This document shows positions 11,001 through 23,000 of a stretch of DNA of 64,000 nt, in pieces (the stretch's first letter is position 1; every line of letters begins with the position of its first letter). Both the position numbers and the translations under genes were made by a program. The notes beneath the pieces are model-generated. The model saw only the letters and a program-made list of their open reading frames with translations. It was not told the origin of the DNA and ran no database searches. The stretch is from NCBI RefSeq assembly GCF_030144855.1, contig NC_082712.1:10044001-10108000 (forward strand). Reading direction: 5' to 3'. Origin of the DNA: Hypanus sabinus. Taxonomy: Eukaryota.

Positions 11001-14000
11001 TTTTCAGTCCGAGTGGGATACACAACATCAGCACGGCACAAGCGTCTGTCCCTGAAGAGAAAGTGAGAGAGGTCAATCCAGACTCAGGCAGAGAGGGAGA
11101 GACCAATAACGTAGACTGATTAAAATCTGTAGGTGTGTAGATGAATTTATCATTTAGCATATTTTTACCGAAGAAGCTACAGTTGTTAACTCGTGTGTGA
11201 AGGAATAAAAAAAAAGGATATTAATAAGAATTTAGAGATCAGAGTAACAAGAATTAAACATTTGAACAAAAAGTTTTAACCCGTAGTAAGACGGTAGATC
11301 ATACAATATAGGAGCAGGTCTGCACCATTCGGCCCAACGAGTCTTATCCGCCATACTATCATTTCCAATTTATTATGCTTCTCAATCCCATTCTCCTGTC
11401 ATCTCCCATAAAACTTGATGCCCTTTCCAATCAAGAACCTCTCAACCTCCGCTTAAAGACCAAGACTTGACGTTCAGTCGTCTGTGGCAACAAATTCAAC
11501 CTATTCACCATCGTCTGGCTGAAGAAATCCCACCCCCAACTCTGTTCTAAAGGGACGTCGCTCTATCCTGAAGCCACATGCTCTCTGGTGCTGGACTCCC
11601 CCTCTATATAAAACCTTTCTAAATCCACTCCAACTCGTGTTCGGTAGGTTTCAACCAGATCATCCCCGGCCCATTCTGTAACCTCCGCGAGTACAATCCC
11701 CGAGCCAATGAAGGTGTTCATACGTTAACCCTTTCATTCCAGGAGTCATCCTCGAGAACCTTCACTGGATATGTAGAACGTATATAATAACGTAAGTGAT
11801 TGTTGTGTAGTATTTTTACTCAAATGTTCAAACTCTCACTCATTTTTAAAACAAAATTACATATCATTGTCTTTTGGGTTTACCATGTACCCACCGATTT
11901 TCTCTGCTTTTCCATATTATCCCAGATGAACATTTGACAATACCTTACTTAACTCTAGTGAGGGATATTTACTCCATTATTAAATAAAAAGAAGGATAAT
12001 GTATTTCTCTTCTGCAACTTCCAGCTGATTCTCTCAACTTCTCTGTATTCCACTGACTCATTCTCTACGCCGCCTATCCCATTCATCTGCTCCCTTCCCC
12101 ACCTACCCCACCCTCCGTGTGGTGTGACAGCCTAGATTCCTACTCCCCCACCAACCCGGGGCAACTGGAGCTAAAGCTGACCCATCACCAGCGAGGCTGC
12201 AGCCACTGGAACGTCGTGCGATGCGTCTTCCCGTTCCTGCTCCCTTCCTCCCACACGCATCCTCCCCGTACCCTACTGAATGTAGCAATGGTCTCTTACC
12301 TGGTCTGACCCGCAGCCGGATCTCACTCTGGATCACGTGGATAAATGGGGGTTTTACGTGGTGTCTGTAGGATGAATAATCATGCTCACTTTTCCTGAAC
12401 TCAGCCAGGCACAGGTAGCTGAGGCTGTCCTCCACACTCAGCTGCTTTATCTTGGTCGAGGCGTTTCCCAGTTCTGGGTCCCCGACGAGCTCATACCGTG
12501 TCACTCCGTTTTCCGCTGCCCACGATCCATTTCCTTGGTGCCTGAAGGTGACGATGTGTCGGTAGGGTTCCTTCCTCATCCACGTCACAGTGTGTGCGGT
12601 GAGGTTCTGCCGAGGCGCTGTGAACACACAGGGTAACGAGGCCGAAGCTCCCTCGGTTCCAGTCATCACTGAGACACTCTCATTGGGAGCTGAGGGAAGG
12701 ACAGGTGCCAGAATGAATCAGTTAACCCCCACCAATCATGTTTAACCACTGACAAAATTTCCAGTCTACAAAATAATAAAAACTCCCCACAGCACCCTCC
12801 TGAATAAAAACACAACCCATCTGTGTCTCACTAATTGCAAACCAATCAAACAAGAGAAACTCTTTAGAACATAAATCAGTCCCATCGGGCAGGAGGTAGA
12901 GAAGCATAAATCTCACACCACTATGTTCAGGGACAACTAATTCCGTTCAACCATTCAGTTGTTGAACCAATTGACACCAACACAGATCAATGGAGTGTTC
13001 AATCAAGATCTGTCAGTACAATCAAGACCTAGCAGTTCAATCAATCAAGACCTATCAGTACAGTTTAGCAACACTAATCAGTACAGTGTATCAACACTAA
13101 GGCACTGTATTAAAGTGTTTTTTCCTTTGGTACAATTGCGTATTTTCCTGTAAAAATGTAAAGATTCTTGTAATAATTCATTTTTCATTTTAATTAATGA
13201 GTGAGAGTAAAAGATGCATTTCTACCTCTGAGTTCTCCTCACTAAGATAGCATTCTGTTCCCTGTTTACTCTGTACCTCTGCTGCACACTGCATTCACTT
13301 TAAATAATGTGTTATTAACATACTTGTGGGAATATTTTGTTTTATGAGCTGTGTGTGATATATGCCGTGTGAGTGCACTGTGATCCAGAAGAACGTTGTT
13401 TCATTTGCTTGTAAATATGTAAAGTCACATGACAGAAAACTTGAACTTCACTTGAATCTCCTCTGCTCCCTCTCCGGTGTCATAGTTACCGTACTGCAAG
13501 TGTTCAACAACCTGAGCTGGTGTGTTTGACAGGGAATTCTACAGTGAGCCCTCTCCAGTGTAATACTTACTGTACTGAAAGTGTTCAACAGCCTGAGCTG
13601 GTGTGTTTGACAGGGAATTCTACAGTGAACCCTCTCCAGTGTAATACTTACTGTACTGAAAGTGTTCAACAGCCTGAGCTGGTGTGTTTGACAGGGAATT
13701 CTACAGTGAACCCTCTCCAGTGTAATACTTACTGTACTGAAAGTGTTCAACAGCCTGAGCTGGTGTGTTTGACAGGGAATTCTACAGTGAACCCTCTCCA
13801 GTGTAATACTTACTGTACTGAAAGTGTTCAACAACCTGAGCTGGTGTGTTAGAGAAGGAAATCTCCTCTGCTCCCTCTCTGGTGTCATAGTTACTGTACT
13901 GAAACTGTTCAACAGCCTGAGCTGGTGTGTTTGACAGGGAATCCTGCAGTGAACCCTCTCCAGTGTAATACTTACTGTACTGAAAGTGTTCAACAGCCTG

Positions 14001-17000
14001 AGCTGGTGTGTTTGACAGGGAATTCTACAGTGAACCCTCTCCAGTGTAATACTTACTGTATTGAAAGTGTTCAACAGCCTGAGCTGGTGTGTTTGACAGG
14101 GAATTCTACAGTGAACCCTCTCCAGTGTCATACTTACTGTACTGAAAGTGTTCAACAGCCTGAGCTGGTGTGTTTGACAGGGAATTCTACAGTGAACCCT
14201 CTCCAGTGTAATACTTACTGTACTGAAAGTGTTCAACAGCCTGAGCTGGTGTGTTGGACAGGGAATTCTACAGTGAACCCTCTCCAGTGTAATACTTACT
14301 GTACTGAAAGTGTTCAACAACCTGAGCTGGTGTGTTTGACAGGGAATTCTACAGTGAACCTTCTCCTGTGTAATACTTACTGTACTGAAAGTGTTCAACT
14401 GTCATTAAGTGGACGTTGGGAGCGGACAAAAATGCAAGACACAGACACTGAACTACCAGGAACTGGACTAGGCATGAGAAGGAAGCAAGGGAAGCGAGGA
14501 AGAAAGGATGCTGGACATGACAAAGGTCCCGGATGAGACAAGTAATCTGGGCCTGGGCTAGGAATTGACAACGAAAGTGGAACCAGGACATGGAACTGTG
14601 AATTAGGAGCCTGGGCTTGCACTCCGAGCCAGTGACTGGACAAGGACCCAGAACCTGGGTCTTGACTGGAGCTCAGGCTCTAAAACCAGACAAAGACAAG
14701 ATGGCTACAGGATGAGGAAAGGCACAGGATGGGACATGACACTCTTGGACAGGACAAGGGAACCCAGACACAGGACGAGAGAATCCCAGCACCAGGCTGG
14801 GCAAGGTACCTCTGGGCTGGGCGAGCCTGGGTCGAGGGAGAACAGAAACGCAGAACACAGAGCCTGAGTAGGGGAAGAACAGGAATCTAGAGCACCAAGC
14901 CAGGACCCCTCCTTGGGTACAGGACGTAGGGCCAGGACTCATTACACAGAACGCTGAATTCAACGAGTCAGTTCCCAATGCTAGGTAGTGGCAAAACAGC
15001 CAGACCTACCTAGTGAAGGCGTGGACACAGACAGACAGTTCCAAACAGGGCGAGGCTCCCAACACAGGCGATGCAAGGATCCAGTCAGGGCAAGGCGAGG
15101 CAGGGTCCCAGGCGCGGGATGCAGGCCAGGGCTCCAGCCGTAGATTGTAAGGCAGGGCATCAGAGGGAAGGACGGGAACAGTCCAGCCTCAGGGTAACAG
15201 CAATGACGGCTTGACTTACCCAACGAAGGCAAGGGCCAGGAGGGACAGATCCCACCATAGGGTAACAGCAAAGACAGCCTGACTTACCCCACAGAGGCGA
15301 GGACACGAGACCAACAGGACAAACCCACAGAGAGGCAAGGACATGATACTGACGAGACAAACCCCACATAGGCAAGGACAGGATACTGACAAAACAAGTC
15401 AGCAGCCAGCCTCGAACCCAGGGCCACTTATATTCCTGGCCCCAAAACGAGAATCAGGTGCCTATGATTCAAAACCAAATGAGACAAGCAAACGCCGGAA
15501 AACCTGGAGTCTGGAGTACACGGACCGGACCGTGAGCCAAAACGCGGGTTTAAAGGACCGGACCATGACATCAACAGCCTCATCTGATGTGTTTGACAGG
15601 GAATTCTGCAGTAAAAGCTCTCCAGTGTAATACTTACTGTGCTGAAAGTGTTCACCAGCCTGAGCTGATGTGTTTGACAGTGAAATCTAGTGATCACTCT
15701 CCAGTGAATATACTTACTGTGGGAGAAAATTTAAAGCATAATTACTGATTAGGAACCACAGATTTAAGCCATTTTTGCCACGACAGCAATACTGTCTGTT
15801 CTTGGTAAACTGACAACGAACTAAGCGTTGCTAAATATAAGTAAATGAGTCGCGTGTTGCTTGTACTTTAAGAAGGATGGGGTATCTTCTTTTTCTTTGG
15901 AATTATTGTTCTGTAATCTGCCCAACGTTGCAGGCATTAACATTTAAGCTTATTGGTGCTTCGGGTTATCACCTCAGACATGCTGTGAAATTTCTCTATT
16001 CAATTTGTGTGATGAAGTGCTTCTTGTCACGTAGATTTTGACTATAAAATATGAGTGTAATCATCTGTTGGGCAGAGTATCAGAACTCCGTTTTTTAGGA
16101 GTCTGAGCTCTCCATGATATCGGGCTACAATGAGAGCTTTCTGAAGCAACCTCCCTCCGGGTCCGAGTAATACATTTCCGCGACACTTACCATACTGAAG
16201 GTTGGTGTGTTTGACAGGGAATTCTACAGTGAACCCTCTCCAGTGTAATACTTACTGTACTGAAAGTGTTCAACAGCCTGAGCTGGTGTGTTTGACAGGG
16301 AATTCTACAGTGAACCCTCTCCAGTGTAATACTTACTGTACTGAAAGTGTTCAACAGCCTGAGCTGGTGTGTTTGACAGGGAATTCTACAGTGAACCCTC
16401 TCCAGTGTGATACTTACTGTACTGAAAGTGTTCAAGAACCTGAGCTGGTGTGTTTGACATGGAATTCTACAGTGAACCCTCTCCAGTGTAATAGTTTCTG
16501 TACTGAAACTGTTCAACAGCCTGAACTGGTGTGTTTGAGAAGGATTTCTACAATAAACACTCTTCAGTGTAAATACTTAATGTACTGTAAGTGTCCAACA
16601 GCCTGAACCTGTGTGTTTGACAAGAATTTCTACAGTATACCCTGCGTTATCCAAAGATAGGACAGGGAGCTGCTACTGGTTACCTGTGCTGAGAACTACA
16701 GGCATTCTGAATTATACTTTATTAGTTATTTTTTGGCGATTTATAGTGTTTTATGAGCTGTGTGTGACATAGGTTTTGTGAGTCCACCTAGAGCCGGAAG
16801 AAGGTGGTTTCGTTTGGTTCTGTATCTGTGTACAGTCAGATGGCAATAAACTTGAACTTGATTGCTGCTCTTCTGACGCAACGCTCTTTGCCTGTGTTGC
16901 TATGGCAACTGGATTTTCACTGTACCTGTGCAGACACGTAGGCAGACGTGCAATGAAAATCCAACCTGCAGCAGCAAGTAAGTTCAGTTCCACTCCCCTC

Positions 17001-20000
17001 ATTACAGGAAGGATGAGGAAGCTTTCGAGAGGATGTAGAGGAGATCTACCAGGATGCTGCCTGGACCAGAGAGGATGTTTAATGAGGAAAGGTTGAGCGA
17101 GCTGGAGACTTTCTCTTGGGAGTGAAGAATGATGAGAGGTGACTTGATAGAGGTGAACAAGATGATAAGAGGCATAATCGAGAAGACAGCCAGAGATTTT
17201 TCCTGGGGTGGAAATGGCAAATATAAAGGGGCATCATTTTCAGTCGATTGGAAGAAAGTATAGGGGGATGTCAGAGGTAGGTTCATTACACGGTGTGTGG
17301 TGGGTGTTCGAACGCCTCGCCAGCTTTGTGACCGAGGCAGGTACATTTAAAGACATTTTAGAGGCTCGCCCATTTCAAACAGGTCAATGGGTAGAGGCCA
17401 CACTAAGAGTGTTCTGCATGCAGGACGGTGACCAGTGGTGGTCTGTAGGGATCTGTACCAGGTCCCCTCGTTCTTGTGATTTTTATAAGTGACCTGGAGG
17501 AGGTAGTAGAAGGGTGGGTTTGTGTTGAAGACACAAAAGTTGGAGGTGTTGTGGATAGTCTGGTGGGTTGTCAGAGGTTACAGCAGAACATCGATTAGAT
17601 GCAGAACTGGGCTGAGAAGTGGCAGATGGACTTTAACCTAGGTAAGTATGAAGTGGTTCATTTCGGTAGGTCAAATTTGGGGGGGGGGCGGGGAGAGAGA
17701 GAGAGAGCGTGAGAGACTCTGAGACAGGTACACGGATGTTGTAGAAATTGAGGGGTATGTGGTAAGCAAGGGCGAGATTGAACTTGGAGCAGGTTTAAAG
17801 GTCAGCACAACATTGTGGGCTGAAGGGCCTGTATGTTGCTGTTGTTCTATCTGCTGGTGCACATGACAATCACATCTATTTGACATGATTTTCCTGCAAA
17901 ATGTACTTGTAAATTATGAAAAAAAGTTTTCAGGGAGATAAATGTGAAATGATTAGTTTTACAACTCAATGCTTAAACATCGGTCCTCACCTCTCACAGA
18001 CAGATCTGTTAGAACATCCGTTTGAAAGCTGTCAACATTGAGCTCCACCCGGCACCGATACCGACCACCGTCACTCCGCTTCAGACTCTCCACCATTATC
18101 GAGATGTCCCTCTGACTGAGATTCCCCACGAATCCGAACCGCCCTCTTCCAGCCTCCTGTGTTTTAGTATCGCACCAAGATGGGCCGGAACGGGGATATG
18201 TGCACTTAAACATCAGTTTTGTAGCACCTGGTTCCCTCCTGTACCAGATCACGGAGCCGTTCAGGGCGACATCAGGAGGTGGGTGGGTGAAAGTACACGG
18301 TAACACAGCGGAGGTCCCTTTCACCGCAGAGACCACATCAGCACCGGACATTGACCAACCATTGAACGAAAACTCTGCAGAGAGAGAGAGGGAGTGTGAG
18401 AGAGAGAATGAGTGAGAGGAGGAACAGGCATTGGACGATATTTGAACAGCAAATCTGTGGGGGTAAAAGAACATTGAAGTTTTGGGCTTGCATCAGGACT
18501 GAGAGAGGACTGTTGAATAGCCAGAAGAAAAGGAATGGGCAGTCTGAAGGGAATGACGGATTGAGGAGCGGTGAGATAGGAGTCTGATGTGATCGATGGA
18601 TTGAGCAGGGAAGAGTCAGGAGTCTGAGGTGATTGTTAGATTGAAGAGGGGTGAGACTGGAGTCGGAGGTGATTGTTAGATTGAGGAGGGGTGAGACAGG
18701 AGTGATTAATTGATGCATTGAGGAGGGCTGAAAATGAGTCGGTGATTGATGAATTGAGGGGTATTCCAACAGTAGTGTCAGATGATGGATGGATTGAGGA
18801 AGGGAGAGTCAGGAGTCTGAGTCGATTGATGGATTGAGGAGGGGTGAGACTGGATTCTCAGGGGATAGATGGATTGAGGAGGGAAGAGTTAAGAGTTTGA
18901 GGTGACTGAAGTATTGAGCAGACATTATAAAGGAGTCTGGGTTTATTGATAGATTGCTGAGGAGTGAGAGAGGAGTCTCAGGTGATTTTTGGATTGAGGA
19001 GGGGTGAGACATGAGTCTGAGGTGATTGCTTGATAGTGGAGATATGAGGTCGTGGTCTCAGGTGACTGAAGAATTGAGGAGACATGCGACAGGAGACAGG
19101 TGATTGATGCATTGAGGAGGAGTGAGATGAGTCTGAGGTAATTGATGGACTGAGGATGGTGAGACAGGATTCTGAAATGATTGATAGTTTGAGGAGGGAT
19201 GAGCCAGGAGCATTAAGTGACTGATGAATTGAGGATGCGATATGAGTATTGGGTGATTGAGGGACTGAGTAGGAGTGAGACGAGTCTGCGGTGATTGATG
19301 TATTCAGGAGCAGTGAGTCAGGAGTCTGAGGTGATTGGTGGATTGAGAAGGGGTGAGAGGATTCTGGAGTGACTGATAGTTTGAGGAGGGCTGAGGCAGG
19401 ACTATTAAGTGATTGATGAATTGAGGATGCGACATGAGTCTCAGGTGATTGAGGGACTGAGGAGGACTGAGACGAGTCTGAGGTGTTTGATGTATTGAGG
19501 AGGGTTGAGTCTGGAGTCTGAGGTAATTAATGGATTTAAGAGGGCTCATATAGGAGTCTGAGTGAGACAGAGATCTGAGGTGATTGATAAATTTAGAGCG
19601 GTGAGACAGGAGTCAAGGTGATTGATTGATTGCTACAAGGTGAGGCAGGTGTATGAGGTGACTGAAGGATTAAGGAGATGTGAGTCAGGAGTCTGTTGAT
19701 TGATGGATGATGGATTCAAGTCTGAGGTGATGATGGATTGAGGTGTGGTGAAAAGTGCCTGAGGGGAAGTTTGGATCGAGGCGGGAACCGGCAGGAGTCT
19801 GAGCATATTTATGAATTGAGCATGGGTGAGACATGAGTCTGGGGTGATTGATGGTTTGAGGAGGAATCAGACGAGTCTGAAGTAATTGATGGATTGAGGA
19901 GGGATGAAACAGGAGTATGAGGTGATTGATGTATTGTGGAGGGGTGATACAGGAGTCTGAAGTAATTGATTGATTGAGGAAGGGTGAGACTGGAGTCTGT

Positions 20001-23000
20001 GATAAATGATGGATTGAGAGGGGTGAAAGAGAAGTCTGAGATGATTGATGGATTATGGAAGGGAGATACAGGAGACTGAGGTGATTGATGGATTGATGAG
20101 GGTGGAGAAAGGAGTCACGGGTGATTGTTCCATTGATGTGGGGTGAGGCAGGAGTGTAGGTGATTTCTGATTGATGGATTGAGGTGGGGTGAGACAAGCT
20201 TCTGCGATTCTTGATGGATTGATGAGCAGTGAGACGAGTCTCAGGTGATTGATAGAATGAGAAGGCAAAGGATTCTGTGGTGATTGAAGAATTATGGAGG
20301 GTTGAGGCCGGATTCTCATGTGATTAACGGTTTGAGGAAGGGTGAGACAAGGATCTTAAATGATTGATGGATTGAGGAGGAGGGGAGACAGGTTCTGTTG
20401 TGATTTATGGATTTAGGAGGGGTGATTCAGGCGTCTGAGGTAATTGATTAATTGAGAACGTGTGAGATAGGAGGCTGAGATGATTGATGTATTGAGGGGG
20501 GTTGCGATTGGGGTCTCAGGAGGTTGATGAATTGAGGAGGGGTGAGACCAGTGTCTGAGGTGATTGGTTGATTAAGGAGGAGTGAGACATGATTATGAGG
20601 TGATTGAAGGATTGAGTACTGAAGAGACAGGCGTATTGGGTGATTGATGGATTGAGGAGGAGTGAGATGGATGTCTGAGCTGATTGAAGAGATAGAAGTC
20701 TGAAGTGATTGGAAGACTAAGGAGGGATAAGGCAGCAGTCTGAGGTGCCTGAAGGATTGAGGAGTGATGAGATAGGTGTCTGACGTGATTGATGGGTTGA
20801 AGAAGGGTGTGACAGGTGTCTGAGGTAATCGAAGCACTGACAACAGGTGAGACAGAAGTCTGAGGTCATTGATGGTTTGAGGAGGGGTGTGACAGAAGTC
20901 TGCAGTGATTGATGAATTGAGGAGGTGTGGGACAGGCTTTTGAGGGGATTGATGGACTGAAGAGTAGTGAGACAAGTCTGAGGTGATTGATGGATCGAGT
21001 AGGGGAGAGTCAGGAGTCTAAGGTGATTGAAGAGGGGTAAGATAGTACCTTGAAGTGCTTGACGGTTTGCTGAACAGGGAGACTGGAGTCTAAAGTTATT
21101 GATGGATTGAGGATGAGTGAGACAGGAGACTGAGGTGATTGTAGATACAGGAGGGGTGAGGCATTTGTGTGAGGTGACTGGTGGATTGAGGAGGGTTCGG
21201 ACAGGAGTATGAGGTAATTGATGGATTGAGGAGGAATGAGACCAGTCTGAGGTGATTAATGGATGGAAGAGGGTAGAGCCGGAAGTCAGGTGATTGATGG
21301 ATGTACAGGGTTCTCAGATTATTAACTGCAGTGTTAACTGTTAACTGCATACGTATATAAAATGGTTTCTCTGCAGCGTTAGAATGAAATGGCTTCTTTG
21401 TAGGTAACTGATGAGGTAATGATCTGTTTAGTTGAAATGTTTGGGTTATAACTATTGATAACTGAGGAGCTAACCAATGAAAGCAATGGAAGTATGTGTG
21501 GGAACCTGGAGTGAGTGCACGGGATTCTCGGGAGGAGAACCGAAGAGGAAGGACATGCTGGAAGCGCTCTGGTCGACCACCCAGGTTGGTCCAAGGCGGC
21601 GGGCCGAGATCGGAGAAGATCGAATGGTGGACTGAAGACTTCGATAGTTGAGCTCCAACGGTTGTGCACAAATTGATTGACCCCTGATAAGTTTTGACGC
21701 CTTTTTCTTTTCTTTTTATATTGTATCTATTAATTATCTGGTTCCAGTAAGATTTATGAAGTGTACTCTGTAAAACATACATTGTGTGCTGTCTGATATT
21801 GTGTGCGCACATTTGTTTCAGTGTGCGTTACACAGCATCTACGCAAACAAGAGATACAATTTGGCCGGTGTACGGATTTCCCTTAGGCAAACACAAGCCG
21901 ATAGCCCTAGGCGTTACAGATTGGTGAGTGATGAGACAGGAGTCTGAGGTGATTGATGGATTGATGAGGGTTGAGACAGGAGTCTAAGGTGATTGATGGA
22001 TTGAGGAGCGTTGAGGTATGAGTCTGAGGTGATCGATGGATTGAGGATAGGTGAGACACTAATCTGAAGTGAATGATGGATTGAGGAGCACTGAGAAGTA
22101 TCTGAGGTGTGGATTGGTGAGGGTGAGAGTGGAGCCCGAGGTGATTGCTGGATTGAGGAGAGGTTAGACATGTGTCCGGGTGATTGATCGATTGAGTAGG
22201 GGTGAGAGAGGTGTTTGAGTTTATTGATGCATTGAGCAAGGTTGAGACAGAGGTCAGCGGTGATTGATGGACTGAGGACAGGTGAGAGAGGAATCTGTGG
22301 TGATAGAGGAGGGGTGGGAAAGGATTCTGAGGTGATTGATGTATTGAGGAGGGATGAGACTGAAGTCTGAGTTGATAGATGGATTGAGGAGGTGTGCGGC
22401 AGGAGTCTGTGATTGATGGATTAAGGAAGGTTACCCTTTTGAAGTAGGTGGGGCCTCTGACTGCAGCAGTGAGGGATTGAAGATATCCTTCATCTTTCCC
22501 AACAGTTGATCGACACAGGCTTTCAGCGATCTTCCAGATACACCAGCAGGGTCTGACAACTAAATGATCAGTAATGGATAGTCAGGACTGGGAACAGGCT
22601 GTGATCCATAGGAGGGTCCAGGCTGGGGGGGTTTATATGTGCAATAACGGATACTCAGGAGCGGGCTACATGCAGCGGTCTGGTGCTGTAGAGACCAGAG
22701 TGGGGGTTATGTCGGAATCAGAATTAGAGTCAGATTTAATATAGAAAACAATGGAATAGACAACGAGATTGCATCACTGGCGTATGTCGTGAAATTTGTT
22801 GTTTTGCAGCAGCAGCAGCAGTACAAGGCAATGTATAATAATAAAATCTATAAATTACAGTCAGTGCATATAAAATAAGAAAAGGAAATTAAATAACTGA
22901 TTAGCAGGACCACGAAGGTAGTAATTTAGAGATTACTGCCTGTGCCCCTGACAGTGAGTATAGGAATAGAGTGAAGAGGAGGATAAACCTGTGGCTAACA

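Larger units (their letters stand above)
13455..16645. repeat. 81-bp minisatellite (about 18 units) in the V1-V2 intron, split by two LTR insertions
   Basis: Unit cagcctgagctggtgtgtttgacagggaattctacagtgaaccctctccagtgtaatacttactgtactgaaagtgttcaa; period 81 (e.g. 13591 vs 13672). Confidence 0.95.

Noticed and set aside
13448-14536. Long Cys-rich ORFs (316, 203, 134, 110 aa) on both strands, here and at 16187-16606
   Set aside because: Artefact of an 81-bp (27-codon) stop-free tandem unit inside an intron; no start context or splice signals.
13455-16645. CRISPR-like regular array
   Set aside because: Units are contiguous with no unique spacers, there are no cas genes, and the context is eukaryotic.
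12300-18374. Rearranging Ig/TCR V segments
   Set aside because: Both V exons encode the G strand and end in splice donors; no heptamer/nonamer RSS follows them.
17991-18374. NKp30 (NCR3) identity
   Set aside because: NKp30 also has CRVE, but the WSM/AVLPCTFTHP start, the extra Cys pair and the TM Lys (Arg in NKp30) fit Siglec-15 better. Not fully excluded for V2.
18338-22239. Ser/Pro/His-rich minus-strand ORFs resembling a mucin stalk
   Set aside because: Translations of the degenerate 40-bp satellite in shifting frames with frequent stops.
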